Shown here in pieces: positions 12,721-23,895 of a stretch of DNA of 64,000 nt. The notes below the pieces were generated by a model. The model did no database searches. It was not told the origin of the DNA and saw only the letters and a list, made by a program, of their open reading frames with translations. The stretch comes from Phyllosticta citribraziliensis (Eukaryota). The position numbers were made by a program, and so were the translations under genes. Positions within the stretch are counted from its first letter, which is position 1. Each line of letters begins with the position of its first letter. The stretch spans positions 124,001-188,000 of the forward strand of contig NW_027117344.1 of assembly GCF_038025025.1 (NCBI RefSeq), in the 5' to 3' direction.

Positions 12721-12930
12721 GGTGCAAGTAAATTGACCAAGCACCGTCCGGTAGTAGTGCACCAGGACACATTTCTTTTACACGTACTACGCGTTACTTG
12801 GCTAATTCGTTGCCCAAATATGTATTCACTAGGTATTTTGAAGCCTGTGTATAAGTAATATAAGGAAGGAGGTCATGCAAACTGATAAGTAGGTAGACAA
12901 GGGGTTGGCTAGGTGTGAAAAAAACTGCCA

Positions 12931-13030
12931 TAACCTGCCTTTAAGTAATTGGCGCAGCTCAGCAACGCAATCGGAGGCATACGATTGATTGATTGCCCAA
13001 ACAATCAGGTGCCTGATTGATTAAATTGCG
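12931..13030 (-). repeat. Diverged non-coding repeat, homologous to 2791-2889; upstream of H2
   Basis: By-eye alignment of the reverse complement to 2791-2889. Confidence 0.85.
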
Positions 13031-13420
13031 CTGCCTTCAGAAACTCGATTGCATGACTTGCGCAACTGGTTCAGTTGCCGACCAATGTACTGGGACATAC
13101 TGGACAATGGCAACTAAGCTTTCTTTCGAGAAACAGATCCTTTCCCAAGGTCAGATGAGGTACAAGGGCGCGGTGAAGTCAATTCACTAAGCAAGTATCA
13201 AATTAATCAAAAATGAGAACCAAGGGATATTGATTCTCAACGACGTGCTACGGACTTTTGCCTGCAACCTGAATTCTCTTTCTGTTCCGAAACAGTGATT
13301 TCGGACTGGTTTGGACATTTCGGAAGATTCGAAATGACACTGGAAGCTCGTAGTGCTAGGGCAAACTCGCTGGGCGTTCTCAGGCGTCAGACGGACAAAA
13401 AGCCCTGATCTCCTTTCGAT

Positions 13421-15033
13421 TCAAGCTCGCGATGCTTTGTGCAGCGGCGGTTTCGAGGGGACTTTGGGCGCAATGACTGACACATTCAACGTGTCCTCGG
13501 TTCCCAAGAAACCGACCACTCTGTCCTGAAGCATCGCAGTGTGGTATCTTGCCACGAACACGAAGGAAGTGGCATCGTCAAATATGCCTGAATCCGTCAG
13601 CAAAATGTCCAAAAGTTTCAGCAATGTAAACATACCGCGCTGGCGGAGCGATTCAACATCCTCGCCGTAGCGATCGGCCAGGAGGGTCGAGGCGGGATCC
13701 ATGATCACGAGCTCAGTCCTCACAATGGGACAGGATTTCCTGGAGACGAAATCGACCAGTCGGTCCGGCGTGGCCACCAAGATATCGCAGCCTTCGCGGA
13801 GCGTTTTGAACTGAGCTTCAAGGCTGGACGTTCCTGCTGCCATTGCTGTGCGAATTGGGCCAATATTCGCCAAGGACTTGAGGGCGGCGAAGGTATGTTT
13901 CGCCTGTCCCAGTCCTGGGCAGAGGATGATTGCGGCTGGCGTCCTACTCAGCTTTCCAGACCAAATCCATTCACCCTTGTTTAACCGCTGGTAGGCTTTA
14001 CGGATGGCCAAGAGACAAGCCCCAAGCCTCTTGCCGGATGAGGGCTCGGAGGTTGCCAAAATGTTGGTCTTGCCATTCTTGTTCTCCCTGCTTCCTCTTT
14101 AGCTAAAATTCTTCATGTTTGATGTTGATGCTGATACTCACCGGAGTAATGCCAACTGAACATCGGTGGGGGTTTTGATCTTCATGTCCTCAAGATTCTG
14201 GCACACAAACCCGGAAAACCCGAAAGCATCCCAGCCTTTCGACGGCTTCGGACTGGGTGTTGGAAGCGGTGCACGTACGGCGGTCGGCAGTTTGGGTTCA
14301 TTGCTAATTTTTGGCATTCTAGAACTGTCTCGGTGTCAGCCTACGTTCAGAGTTACGGCCACATGTCTTACATCTTTGACGGCAGGAAAAGCTTCGCAAA
14401 ATCGAATTCTTCACGGACGGTATGCTTGATGGGTGGGCGAGCGTGCTTTGCTCCCAAAAGAAGAGGTTCATCCTTCATCACCGTATGGTGAAGGTCCTGC
14501 TCCATAGAATTGACTTCCTTTGAAACAGGTCAGCAAACCCACATACACTCTGAAAACAGACTCTGAACTCACTGCTGGCTTGTCCAAGGAAGGGGACCGC
14601 GAAATCCCAAGCCCTTCGCCACTGAACTCGTAGCATCTGAGGGCGTGATACTCCGAGTTGCAGCGCAGCCCATGGCGCACACACGCCATACAAATGACGA
14701 AAAGGCGGCCCTTCGACGCACAGGCACCGCAGCCCCAGAAGACTTGCTTTCCAGCGTGGTGCTGGAATGTCCGGACGCATCTCTCGCAGATCAGCTCCAA
14801 GGAGCTTCTCCCACTGACAGAGTTTTCTTCGGTTCGGAGGGCTTCTGACTGAACATGGGCGGCGCCCGGAGCCTTCGACTCTTTGAGAGTCATGGTTGCT
14901 TTTTTCTATAGGATCTGTGAGCACGGGTAGTGAATGGTGTTGAGAGACTTACCTCATGTTCAATGGAAAGAAGGCCATTCGCCTGCGATGGACGCTGGGC
15001 CTGGGGAACGGGCTGCAGATCCTGGGATGGCAT
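13421..15033 (-). CDS. ZZ-type zinc finger + degenerate DEAD-box N-terminal RecA domain (H3), C-terminally truncated
   Basis: The ZZ exon (CERC..WGCGAC..ICMAC..C..H), the linker exon and the Q-motif exon (WDAFGFSGFVCQNLEDMKIKTPTDVQ) splice in frame, followed by ORF 13421-14059 (SSGKR, LCPGL, ATPDRL, MDPAS). Stop follows RecA1. The ATG at 15033 (ACAATG) is tentative. Confidence 0.78.
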
Positions 15034-15199
15034 TGTCGGGAATCGGTGGACAGGAGGTAGTTGTCGTGAGAAGAGGGACAGAAAGACGGGCTAGTCGAAA
15101 GGTTGAGAGTCGTGCTTTGCGAATCGTGAGTTGAAGGGTCGCAGAGAGTGAGTGGAGAAGAGGATGTGAAGGTTGTGGATTGGGGTCGAAAATTGGGGA

Positions 15200-15430
15200 G
15201 AATGGCAGTTGGTGGGTGGGTGGCGGAGTGGAGGAGTATGTTGCCAGGTCGAGCACCGTAAGCGAGTTTCTGGCGGCGATGTGAGCGCAGGCGCGGGTCC
15301 AATTGGGAAAGCGTAGGTAGAGCCAATTAACACTCCAGGTGGTGTTAATCTGCTCAAAGTAAATACCGCCACATTGACCCGCACCGCCTTCATCCCCAGC
15401 CACACTGAACCGCCTCTTGAATGATACCAG
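15200..15430 (-). promoter_or_regulatory. Conserved upstream region of the helicase family (H3 copy)
   Basis: The reverse complement aligns over ~230 bp with 23498-23735 (tatcattcaagag...ctacgctttcccaattggac...ctcgcttacggtgctcg.cctggca). Contains a perfect ATTAACAC-N8-GTGTTAAT inverted repeat. Confidence 0.8.
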
Positions 15431-15982
15431 ATGGGCGCTCACTCATCGAGATGTCTTTTCATTCCGCCCAGAGCTCCAGCTCAGTTGCTCCAATGGTCCG
15501 CTGTGGCTCCCCAAGGCGTCGACTTGAAAATGCCTCCTATACCTAGCCCTGCGCTGGACGCCAACCACCAATACGTGTTGCAAGATACTATACAGGGAGC
15601 TTCTTGGGTTGCCGCGATCCTCTTTTTTGGTGGGTTCATTATCAATGAGAAGCAACAGTTTCCAATATTGTGCTGTCTATTTGTAAAGCTGAGTATCTAA
15701 CCACGAACCCAAGACTGCTTTTCCTTCCTTTGCTCTGAGTTTCCATGTCTACCTGTAAACCCAAGGTGGCTTCTTCTTCCCTTCTTCTTAAGTTTCTCAA
15801 CACCAAGCAGTGAGCCTGGGATATGCTGACGGTGAGAGGATACTGGACGGAGGTCTTTCTGCGCGAAGACGTATTCGAAGGGAGTTTAAAGTTGTGTAAG
15901 AGCCTGCGTCGGCATGGTGATGTAAGCTCGGGAGACCTGCGGATGTCCACCTGACGACCATGCAAAAGAGAGGGCGAATGGA

Positions 15983-17657
15983 CTAGGCCGAGACATAGCG
16001 GCGCCAGGTCTGACTTGGGGCAATAGTGGCACCCGCGTTGAAAAGGTTGATGACGGAAATGCGGTTCATCTGCTGCTGGCCCGATTGCAACAGATGGTAG
16101 GCCAAGTCGGGGAACAGGTGTTCATCCTGCTTCCTATAGAAAGCGATAGTTGCACCAGGGGGTGTCCGACTTGTCGTTGTTGGTTTCGCTTTTGCGTTCG
16201 CCGTCCTTGGGGCTATGCTCTGGGTTGTCGGTTTCGGGACGCTGGGGCGTGCGGCGCGAGCGTTCCGCGCCAGGTAACGAATGATAGGGCCATCACGCTT
16301 CGACGCTGTGACCTGCGGGAGAAAACCATGGATGACAAGTTCAACGTCCGACACCCTGATGCCGTTGGCGGAACGGTCGGTGGCGAGGATGACTTTGGCA
16401 TCTTTGTTCTCGCAGCGGCGCAGAGCCGCCTCGCGCTCCGCGCTGGTGATGTAGTCGCCCTGCAACACGACAAGTCCCTCGGTACCCTGGAGCATGGAGC
16501 GCAGCTGCTGGATTTGGTGGCGATTGTTGGCGAAGATCATGGCTTTGCCGGTGCGGCGTCCAATGGTATCAATGGCCTCCCTGATCTTCTGGGTATCGAC
16601 GGCTTCGTCGGACGCATTCATGAAGGTCATGCCGGCACGTCGCATTGTACCAGCCTCAGCAGACGCGAGTGTCGACACCACCAGAGACTCATCATCCTGC
16701 AAGAAACCTTCCACGTCATTGCCAAACTTTTTCGAGTAGAAGTTGCTGAGAAAGGCAAAGATGGTGTTCTCATCAATAATGTCTGAATTTCGTTAGCAAG
16801 TGATTCAAATAACGTCAAAGAGTCCGTCAAACCTACCGTTCCTCCAAAGGTCTTCCATGCTTTCACGAAAGAACTCACCAAGAAGAGCAGTGGCATGGTC
16901 CATGATGAGATACTCCGTGCCCGAGATGGGATAGCGACCCTTTATGACAATGTCAATGAGTCTTCCTGGCGTGGCAACGACAACATCGCAGCCCATGCGG
17001 AGCTGCTTCAGCTGGTATTTCCAGCCAACATCGCCAGTGACCTTTACCGCTCTGACCGGTCCCCCGCGAGTCAACGCCTTTAGGACTTTAAACGTCTCGG
17101 TGGCACGCTCGCGCGTAGTGCAGATAACAATGACAGTGGGCAGTGACTTGAAACGTTTGGCCCTCCTGCCTTGTTGCATGTAGCGCTTGTGTGCGAAGAG
17201 CACGGCCGACAAGCACGCCCCGACAGTCTTGCCAGACTTGTTGGGGGATGTCACCAGCGCGTCCGACCTTTTCGTCTCCATGATTCTTGTAGAGGTGTTA
17301 GTCCACAGCCGCTAACAGTAGTTTTGTTGAAATCACTCACCTCAGCAACTCCGATTGGGCGACTTTGGGCTCCTTGAGACCCATGGAGGCAAGGTTCGCA
17401 AGCATGTTGTGAGGAATGCCGAAGGTAGCCCAGCTGCTCAGAGGCTCGGGGGTAACCTGGGAGTGTGTCGCCGAGCCCGGGACAGAGGAGGCATCGGGCG
17501 TGTTGCTGGAAGTCTGAGAATAGCATTAGCCAATACAACATGTTTTGTCGGTTTCAGAGCTTACCTGAGCCCATCCGGGCCACAGATCATGGTCCGACTT
17601 GACCGCTGGGGACGGAGCCCGACCGCCAGGGATGGAACCTTCCTCATTGTGGAGCAT
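15983..17657 (-). CDS. Degenerate two-RecA-domain DEAD-box helicase-like protein H4
   Basis: Q-motif WATFGIPHNMLANLASMGLKEPKVAQ, motif I NKSGKT, CTTRERA, ATPGRLID, motif II MDHAT, KAMIFAN, ATDRSANG, motif VI-like YLARNARAARP. The two family introns are present. Confidence 0.85.
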
Positions 17658-17835
17658 TGTGGAGCGAAAATGCGAGAATGGAGGTCGATTTGAAGACGGA
17701 AGGTGGAGAGAAGAGTTGGGGAATGTTGTATGTAGAGGCACGAGGCGTCAGCTGGTCTTTGAAGTTGTGCGTGAAAGGGTAGGTTGGGGTTCAGTGTTGG
17801 AGGATCGGGGTGCGGAGGTTGGATGGTGGAGGAAG

Positions 17836-17885
17836 GGTGCCAGGACGAGCACTGCAGGCGAGATTTTGAAGGCGGTGCGGTGCGG
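17836..17885 (-). promoter_or_regulatory. Conserved upstream element of the helicase family (H4 copy)
   Basis: Sense strand reads ccgcaccgccttcaaaatctcgcctgcagtgctcgtcctggcacc, matching the H2, H3 and H5 cores. Confidence 0.72.
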
Positions 17886-18372
17886 GCGTGGGTGGTTGGC
17901 GCGGGTGCAACGAAAGGTGCCAGAATCCAGCGTGAAAGAATTAACACCGGCATTGCAATCGCCGCTTTTGCATGTTAACACCAGCGGCAATCTGCACTCA
18001 TAATCCCGACCCTGGCCGGCCTGTCTTCCATCTTGCCCGCGGCTTTCGACGACGGGAGAAAACACAATATAATCGCCTACGTCTTTTGCTCAATGCTGAT
18101 TTGTTTTATACGGTGACTTCAGCTGGACTGAAAACGGACGCGAGTAGCCGTGGAACAGGTAGGTGGATGTATTGGAAGACACCCAGGAGGCTCGTTGCCC
18201 AAGACTTTCAAGTATACAAGAAAAGATCTGTTGAATGGCAGCCAGCGCGGCTCTATGAGCGCTCTGTGGAGGGCTCACAAGGGCAGAGAAACGTGACCGA
18301 GCCCTAGAAAAGACTTAAAGAAGGACAAGAGTGATGCAAGGCAAAATCGACTCGCAATTACCGCGAGAAAGA

Positions 18373-19727
18373 TCAGATCCAATCGAAGCCCACCGCAGCC
18401 GGCTGCAGAAACCGCGCGACACTCGATATCCAGCTGCCCTCCTCATTACCCCCGCTCTTCCCCTCCTCTTTCGACCGCCGCGTCAACTCAGCGTTGGTTT
18501 CGGCACTCCACAGATAATCGCTGTCGGGCATGGAAAACTGCAAGTCGGCAAGTGTCAAGAGCGGCGGCTGCGGTGTTGGACCATCGGCGGGCTCATCATG
18601 AGAAAGGAGCGGACAGCAGTGCCGCGAGACGTTGTACAGCGCGAGGCCGAAGCGCTTAATTTCTTCGGTGAAGGTCCACGCGTAGATGGGCGAGCCCGTG
18701 TCGCTGTAGTGTTGCAGCATGGTTGGGTAGTGAAACATGCGCTGGCTGCGACAGCTTTGGGTGAGCGCGAGTAGGAATGCGTATTCGATATCGGGGAGGG
18801 GCCGCTTGAGAGAGAAGGGAGAAGAGGAGGTGTCGTCTTTGATAAGGGCGAAGATGGCATTGAGGAGGATTCCTTGGTATGTACTGATGGGCCAGTGGGT
18901 AGCTGGTGCGGCGTGTGAGGATGAGAGGTCCCAGTTATCCTAGGACGGCGTGAGCGATGAGACACTTGAGCTGGGGTTTGGCTTTGTCATTCACCCTTTG
19001 ATTGTGGATGGAGACTCGAAGTTTTTCATGTATCTCGCATGCCAATTTTTGAGTACACGGCTTCTCACTCACCCACAGCCCAATCATGAGGACTGACTGG
19101 ACGAGAAACGGCGTTTCCTGCTCGGGGAAGAAGGTCGCTTTGTGGAGAAACGGCCATTTGGGATGAAATTTAGCAAAGTACGCATCAATGTACACCCGAG
19201 TGTCTGAACTCCCAGGCTCAATCTGTGCAGGGAGAGTTTGCGGTTGCTGTGGATGTTTTGAAGTGGATGCCTCGTTTCTTTCTGGTTCTGGACTTCTGGA
19301 CCGTTGTCGTAAGGGAGCCAAAGAACATTGCAATCCCCGTTCAAGACATCCATCACAAGGAGCGCATCCACGGCATGATGCCTTGCGACCGCGACAGTTG
19401 GTACAGGCCTTGAGTGCTCTGGCGCGGCCGACATCTCCGCTGTCGTGATGCGATTTTGCATGCCGACGCAGCGTGTCTCTAGTACTTTTAGCAACTGTTC
19501 TTTTGGACGATGTTTGCTTCTTACTTTCGAGGAAACGCACGATCACAAAACGGACAGGCAAACAACTGTACATTCAAGTGTTGCGTTGTGTGGCGGTTCA
19601 AATGCTCTCGGCGCGCGTAGCTGGCCTTGCAGCGGGGAAACGAGCAGTAGAATCGACCACCCATGGGTTGTTTCGGAGTGGGTCGAGAGCCGCCTTGACC
19701 GATACTATGGTTCCGGACCAGGTCCAT
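18373..19727 (-). CDS. Transcription factor with two C2H2 fingers, a Zn2Cys6 cluster and a fungal TF middle region
   Basis: CSFPRCKASYARREHLNRHTTQH, CPFCDRAFPRK|DTLRRHAKSHH (across an intron), ACTNCRGRKASCRGCAPCDGCLERGLQC, YFAKFHPKWPFLH. Confidence 0.9.
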
Positions 19728-19790
19728 TGTGGGTGCAGAAAAAGATGAAGCAGTAGGTCCAGTGGCCGCAGGGGAGCGAGATTGCGTAGA

Positions 19791-19851
19791 TGGGATGCCG
19801 GTGGGATGCCGGTGGGATGCCGGATGGCTGAGTGGGATACCGGCGGGATGC
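19791..19851. repeat. Tandem 11-bp TGGGATGCCGG repeats (3 exact + 2 degenerate) upstream of the TF gene
   Basis: Units at 19791, 19802 and 19813; variants at 19833 and 19844. Confidence 0.9.
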
Positions 19852-20045
19852 TGTGGCACGGGTGGGAGACCGGGATCAGCTTCTGACCAAACAACACGCC
19901 TGCGCCGTTCCGCGGCCCATCCCGCCGAAACCGAGACCGAAGTCGTCAAGTTACCACAGAATGTATTGGCCAAGTTGGTGACATTGATTGTATCGTACGT
20001 GGTTGTGTACAGCGAGTCCGCGCTGTTCTTCGCAACCGGTCCATT

Positions 20046-21665
20046 CTATTTCACCAAACCAGCTTCCTTCTTCTTGTCTAGCGCTGCTTCCTTCATGAAT
20101 GGACTCCGGTCCCGAATTTGTCTTCCGTAAAGCACCAGCACAACCGGCCCAAACGTCAAAGCAAGCGCGACGAATCCGAGCAAAGAGCTGGCCCACTGAT
20201 AACCCAGGTTGTTGTACATGCTCTGAGCTGCAAGAGGAATAAAGGCTGCCAGGACGTTTTCTCCCAGAGAGCAAGCCGCAATAGCGCTCGCCGCGTATTT
20301 GGCGTATGCGTCAACAATGTAGTCGCAGGCCCCGATGATGACAACCGTATTTCCTGCGCCAACCATGGCGAGCCCAACCGCAGGCGCAATCCAAGGCAGA
20401 GTCGGATACGCGGTCCATGCATACACAAACATGCCGCCCGTCATTCCAAAAAAGCCTGCAACGATGCTCATGTACAGGCGCGCCTCCGGGATCGGTGTCC
20501 CCGGAATTTCCGTGTTCCGTTTTGCTGAAGCAAAGTACAATCTGGAGTTTCCGAGCGAGACGACCAAGCCCAAAAGCTCGCCGACAACAATGGCAGACTG
20601 GAGAAAGCCGGCCTGCACTGGAGTCCAGCCGTAGAGGCCGGCAAAGACCTGTTCGGTTGATTGAGTGAAGAGGTAGATTGTGCCAATGACCAAGCCGTTG
20701 ATGAGTGTGCAGACAAAGGCAACAGGCTCCGTGACAAGCATGTAAAGCGGCCGATTCAAGCTCTTGAGCACCACCTCCAGGAGCGGCGTGTTGCTGAGTT
20801 CTTCTTGGGTGTACGCTTCCTTTCCCTCTTTGCGCAACTTTTTCGCGCGGGCAAGCAGGATGACGCTGTTCCGGGTCTCGGGCATGAGCATCCAGTAGAG
20901 CGGGTAGAGCGCACCGCACCAAATGAGCTGACAGTAGGAAATCCAGCGCCAGGAGAGGAATTTGAAGACTGAGGCTCCGATGACAGGTCCCATACTGCTG
21001 CCGGCGAGGTAGACGGCGATCCATAGGCTCATAGGCAAGGTCCGGCTGTGTTCGTCGGGCCAAATGTTGCCAATGAGACTCGACCCGGAGTTGGCGATGA
21101 TGGAAACACAGCCGCCGCAGAAGAACCGCGTGACAATCTGGAGAGTCAGACGCTGAAAACGATTGGAGACCTAGCACTCACCAAGGTTGCAAAATTCTGG
21201 GCGACAGCCTGAGGTATAAGAAAACAAAGAAAGACTCCATAAGTACCCAGAAACACCCGGCGGAAGCCAAAGTCTTCCATGAGCGGGAGAATGGTGAATG
21301 AAAAGATGGCGGCTCCAAACGCCCATGTTGTGACGGGCCAATACGAGTGGGGAAAGTTGGCCTCGCTGACGTGGAAACGCTCGTCGAGAGCTTCATGGGC
21401 GACGGTAATGATGGTTCCGTTGAGCATGGTAGTAAAAGTCGCAATCAACGAAACGGCGGTGATGGCCCATTTCTTCTTGAATGACCAGTTGAACGGGTTT
21501 CCTGGGTCGTTCGGACCGTCCCAGTCGACAATCCTGGATTCATGGTTGCGAGAGACATCTGTGCAACATGAGCACGAGCGATTGCGTGGGACAGGGTAAA
21601 GTACCAGAGTCTTCGGGCAGCGTGGCGGACAGCGTTGCCAATGGAATGGTTTCGGTGAGGGACAT
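20046..21665 (-). CDS. MFS drug:H+ antiporter (DHA1-like), 3 exons
   Basis: VDWDGPNDPGNPFNWS N-terminal signature, PLMEDFGFRRVF, GPVIGA, WRWI, PEARL, multiple TM helices. Start MSLTETIPL at 21665 joined via an intron. Confidence 0.92.
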
Positions 21666-22097
21666 GGTGTTGTTGCAAGCGCTCCGCGGAGAAACGAGAA
21701 TGATTCAATGACGTCTCGCAAGACAACCCCAACCCGATCGATTGAGCTGTTTTAAGCGCGCCAGGAGAGCTTGGAGAGTGCTGAACTTGACAATTGCAAA
21801 ACGTTTGTCATGACAGCCGACAGCGAGTCGCAGTGGAGGCCGAGCCGGCGGATGTGGGATGCCGATCCCTGACCCCTCGCCTATGACCTATGACGTGGTT
21901 TGTCATCCCTACAAACACGAACCCTCTGCTTCCACATCATCAACAGCATTGTAAGCTACAAAAGCAGACTTTGGCAATGGATTTGATCGCAAACCAACGT
22001 GTCGACCTCCGAGAGCTAGGCGACATGCCTATATATACGGAACCTGTTTGCCGGAGGGCTTCCATCATCAGCAAAAGAGCAAACAGCAATCTCCAAC

Positions 22098-22907
22098 ATG
22101 TCGGCACCCAACAAGAGTCGCCTCAATATCACGCACATCGGAACGGCCACTGCCATTCTGGAGATTGACGGCGTCAACTTTCTGACCGACCCTTTCTTCT
22201 CTCCCGCAGGCAGCGCCTTTGACCTTGGCTTCATCACCCTCAAAGTCGACGAAGATCCTGGGCTCGGGCTTGACAAACTACCTCCCATCGACGCCGTCCT
22301 TCGGAGCCACGAGGACCATGTCGACAACCTCGATGAGCTCGGCCGGCGCCTCCTCGACGGCCGCAAAGTTCTGACCACCATGGACGGCGCCAAAAACCTC
22401 GCGCCGCGCCCCGCCGTCCGCGGCATGCGTCTATGGGAAACCATCACCGACTACGAGGTCGGTGGCAAGCGCTTCACCGTGACGACCACGCCTTGCAAGC
22501 ACCTGCCGGGCGGCGAGTCGACTGGTTTCCTGCTGCACCACGACACGTTTGGCTTTACCGACGGCAAGCCAAACGCCATTTGGTTTTCGGGCGACACGGT
22601 GTGGATTCCCGAGCTGGCCGAGATCCGCAACAAATACCACGTCTTGGTCGCTGTGCTGAATCTTGGCGGAGCTCACGCCCCTAATGTGCTGGATATGGAA
22701 GGCCCAGAGATCAACATCACCATGGATGGAAAGCAGGGTGCGCGGGCCTTGCGCGAAACCGGCGCTGATGTCTTGGTTCCAATGCATTTCGCTGAGTGGG
22801 GCCATTTCAAGCAGCACGGAAAAGAGCTGAGGGAGGCTTTCGAGGCCGAGTGTATCATGGACAAGGTCCGCTGGCTCACTCGTGGCAAGCCGGTGAAGAT
22901 ATACTAG
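22098..22907 (+). CDS. Metallo-beta-lactamase-fold hydrolase (intronless)
   Basis: ITHIGTATAILEIDGVNFLTDPFF, SHEDHVDNLD, CKHLPGG, WFSGDT, PMHF motifs. Confidence 0.9.
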   Translation: MSAPNKSRLNITHIGTATAILEIDGVNFLTDPFFSPAGSAFDLGFITLKVDEDPGLGLDKLPPIDAVLRSHEDHVDNLDELGRRLLDGRKVLTTMDGAKNLAPRPAVRGMRLWETITDYEVGGKRFTVTTTPCKHLPGGESTGFLLHHDTFGFTDGKPNAIWFSGDTVWIPELAEIRNKYHVLVAVLNLGGAHAPNVLDMEGPEINITMDGKQGARALRETGADVLVPMHFAEWGHFKQHGKELREAFEAECIMDKVRWLTRGKPVKIY

Positions 22908-23497
22908 GGAATCCGTACTGCGGCTGTGATTTTCCTGTAGTCGGGTCGCAGGTCAAGTTGCGAATTTCAACGTTCTTTGCTTCTGCTTTTGTCGCGTTCT
23001 GTGTGAGCCTTCATAGTGAGTTGGGCCAGCCCTGAATACTTCCGGATTGTGTTGTGTACAACTAGCTGCCCGCTGAATCCAGAAGAGCATGGAATGTCTG
23101 AGGCACCCACCCCAGGCGGAGGGCAGTATCGACGCTGCGGCGAAAGATAAACCCATTCGTATAATTCCCTCGCTGTCAGCGGGATGTTGAAAGCGGGAAA
23201 GCGGGCCAAACGACGTGTTTCCTGCGCGGAAGATGTCAACAGAAGAAGCCGGAATCTAACTTTTGTCAGCGTTCTTGTAAAGAAAATGGACATTCGGGTA
23301 AACCCGCACAAGAACAAGATAGCAGCAGCTCAAACAGTACCTTTCATGGTATCTTGCACCACGAATTGGTGGTTAAGCGGCCATTTTAGGGCCAGGTAGG
23401 GAAGGGAAAGTAAAGTGAGCGGACCATTCGAGCCACTGAACCGCTGAGCAGCATTTCAAGACACTTCGACTGGCGACTGTGTGCCTCACATTCTCAT

Positions 23498-23735
23498 TTG
23501 ATATCATTCAAGAGACCGCTTAGTGGTTCGACGTGCGGGCGGTGCGGGAGCAGTCAGGGCCGTGTTCACTTGGGGCCGCAGAGGTTCAAAATAACACCTC
23601 CAGTGTCAATTATGGCTCTACGCTTTCCCAATTGGACATGCGCTTGCGTCTACGCCCGCGCCGCCTCCAAAATCTCGCTTACGGTGCTCGTCCTGGCACC
23701 CTACTCCATCCACAACCCACCCACCAACTGCCATC
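23498..23735 (+). promoter_or_regulatory. Conserved upstream region of the helicase family (H5 copy)
   Basis: Contains ccgcgccgcctccaaaatctcgcttacggtgctcgtcctggcacc and aataacacctccagtgtcaatt. Aligns with the H3 and H2 upstream regions. Confidence 0.8.
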
Positions 23736-23895
23736 CTCCAACACCCGACCTCAACCACAATCTCCAACCTCCAAGCACAACACCCAGCCGACGTCTCGTA
23801 CCTCCGTCCGCATCTTCTGCATCATCATCTTCAACTTCTAGTCTCCGCTCCAACAACAACCTTTCCCTTTCCCTTTCCAATCTCCTCTTTTCACA

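Noticed and set aside
12770..13330. AT-richer patch as a possible RIP-mutated transposon
   Set aside because: Only mildly AT-rich, with no transposase remnants or terminal repeats. Part of it is explained by the upstream element shared with H1.
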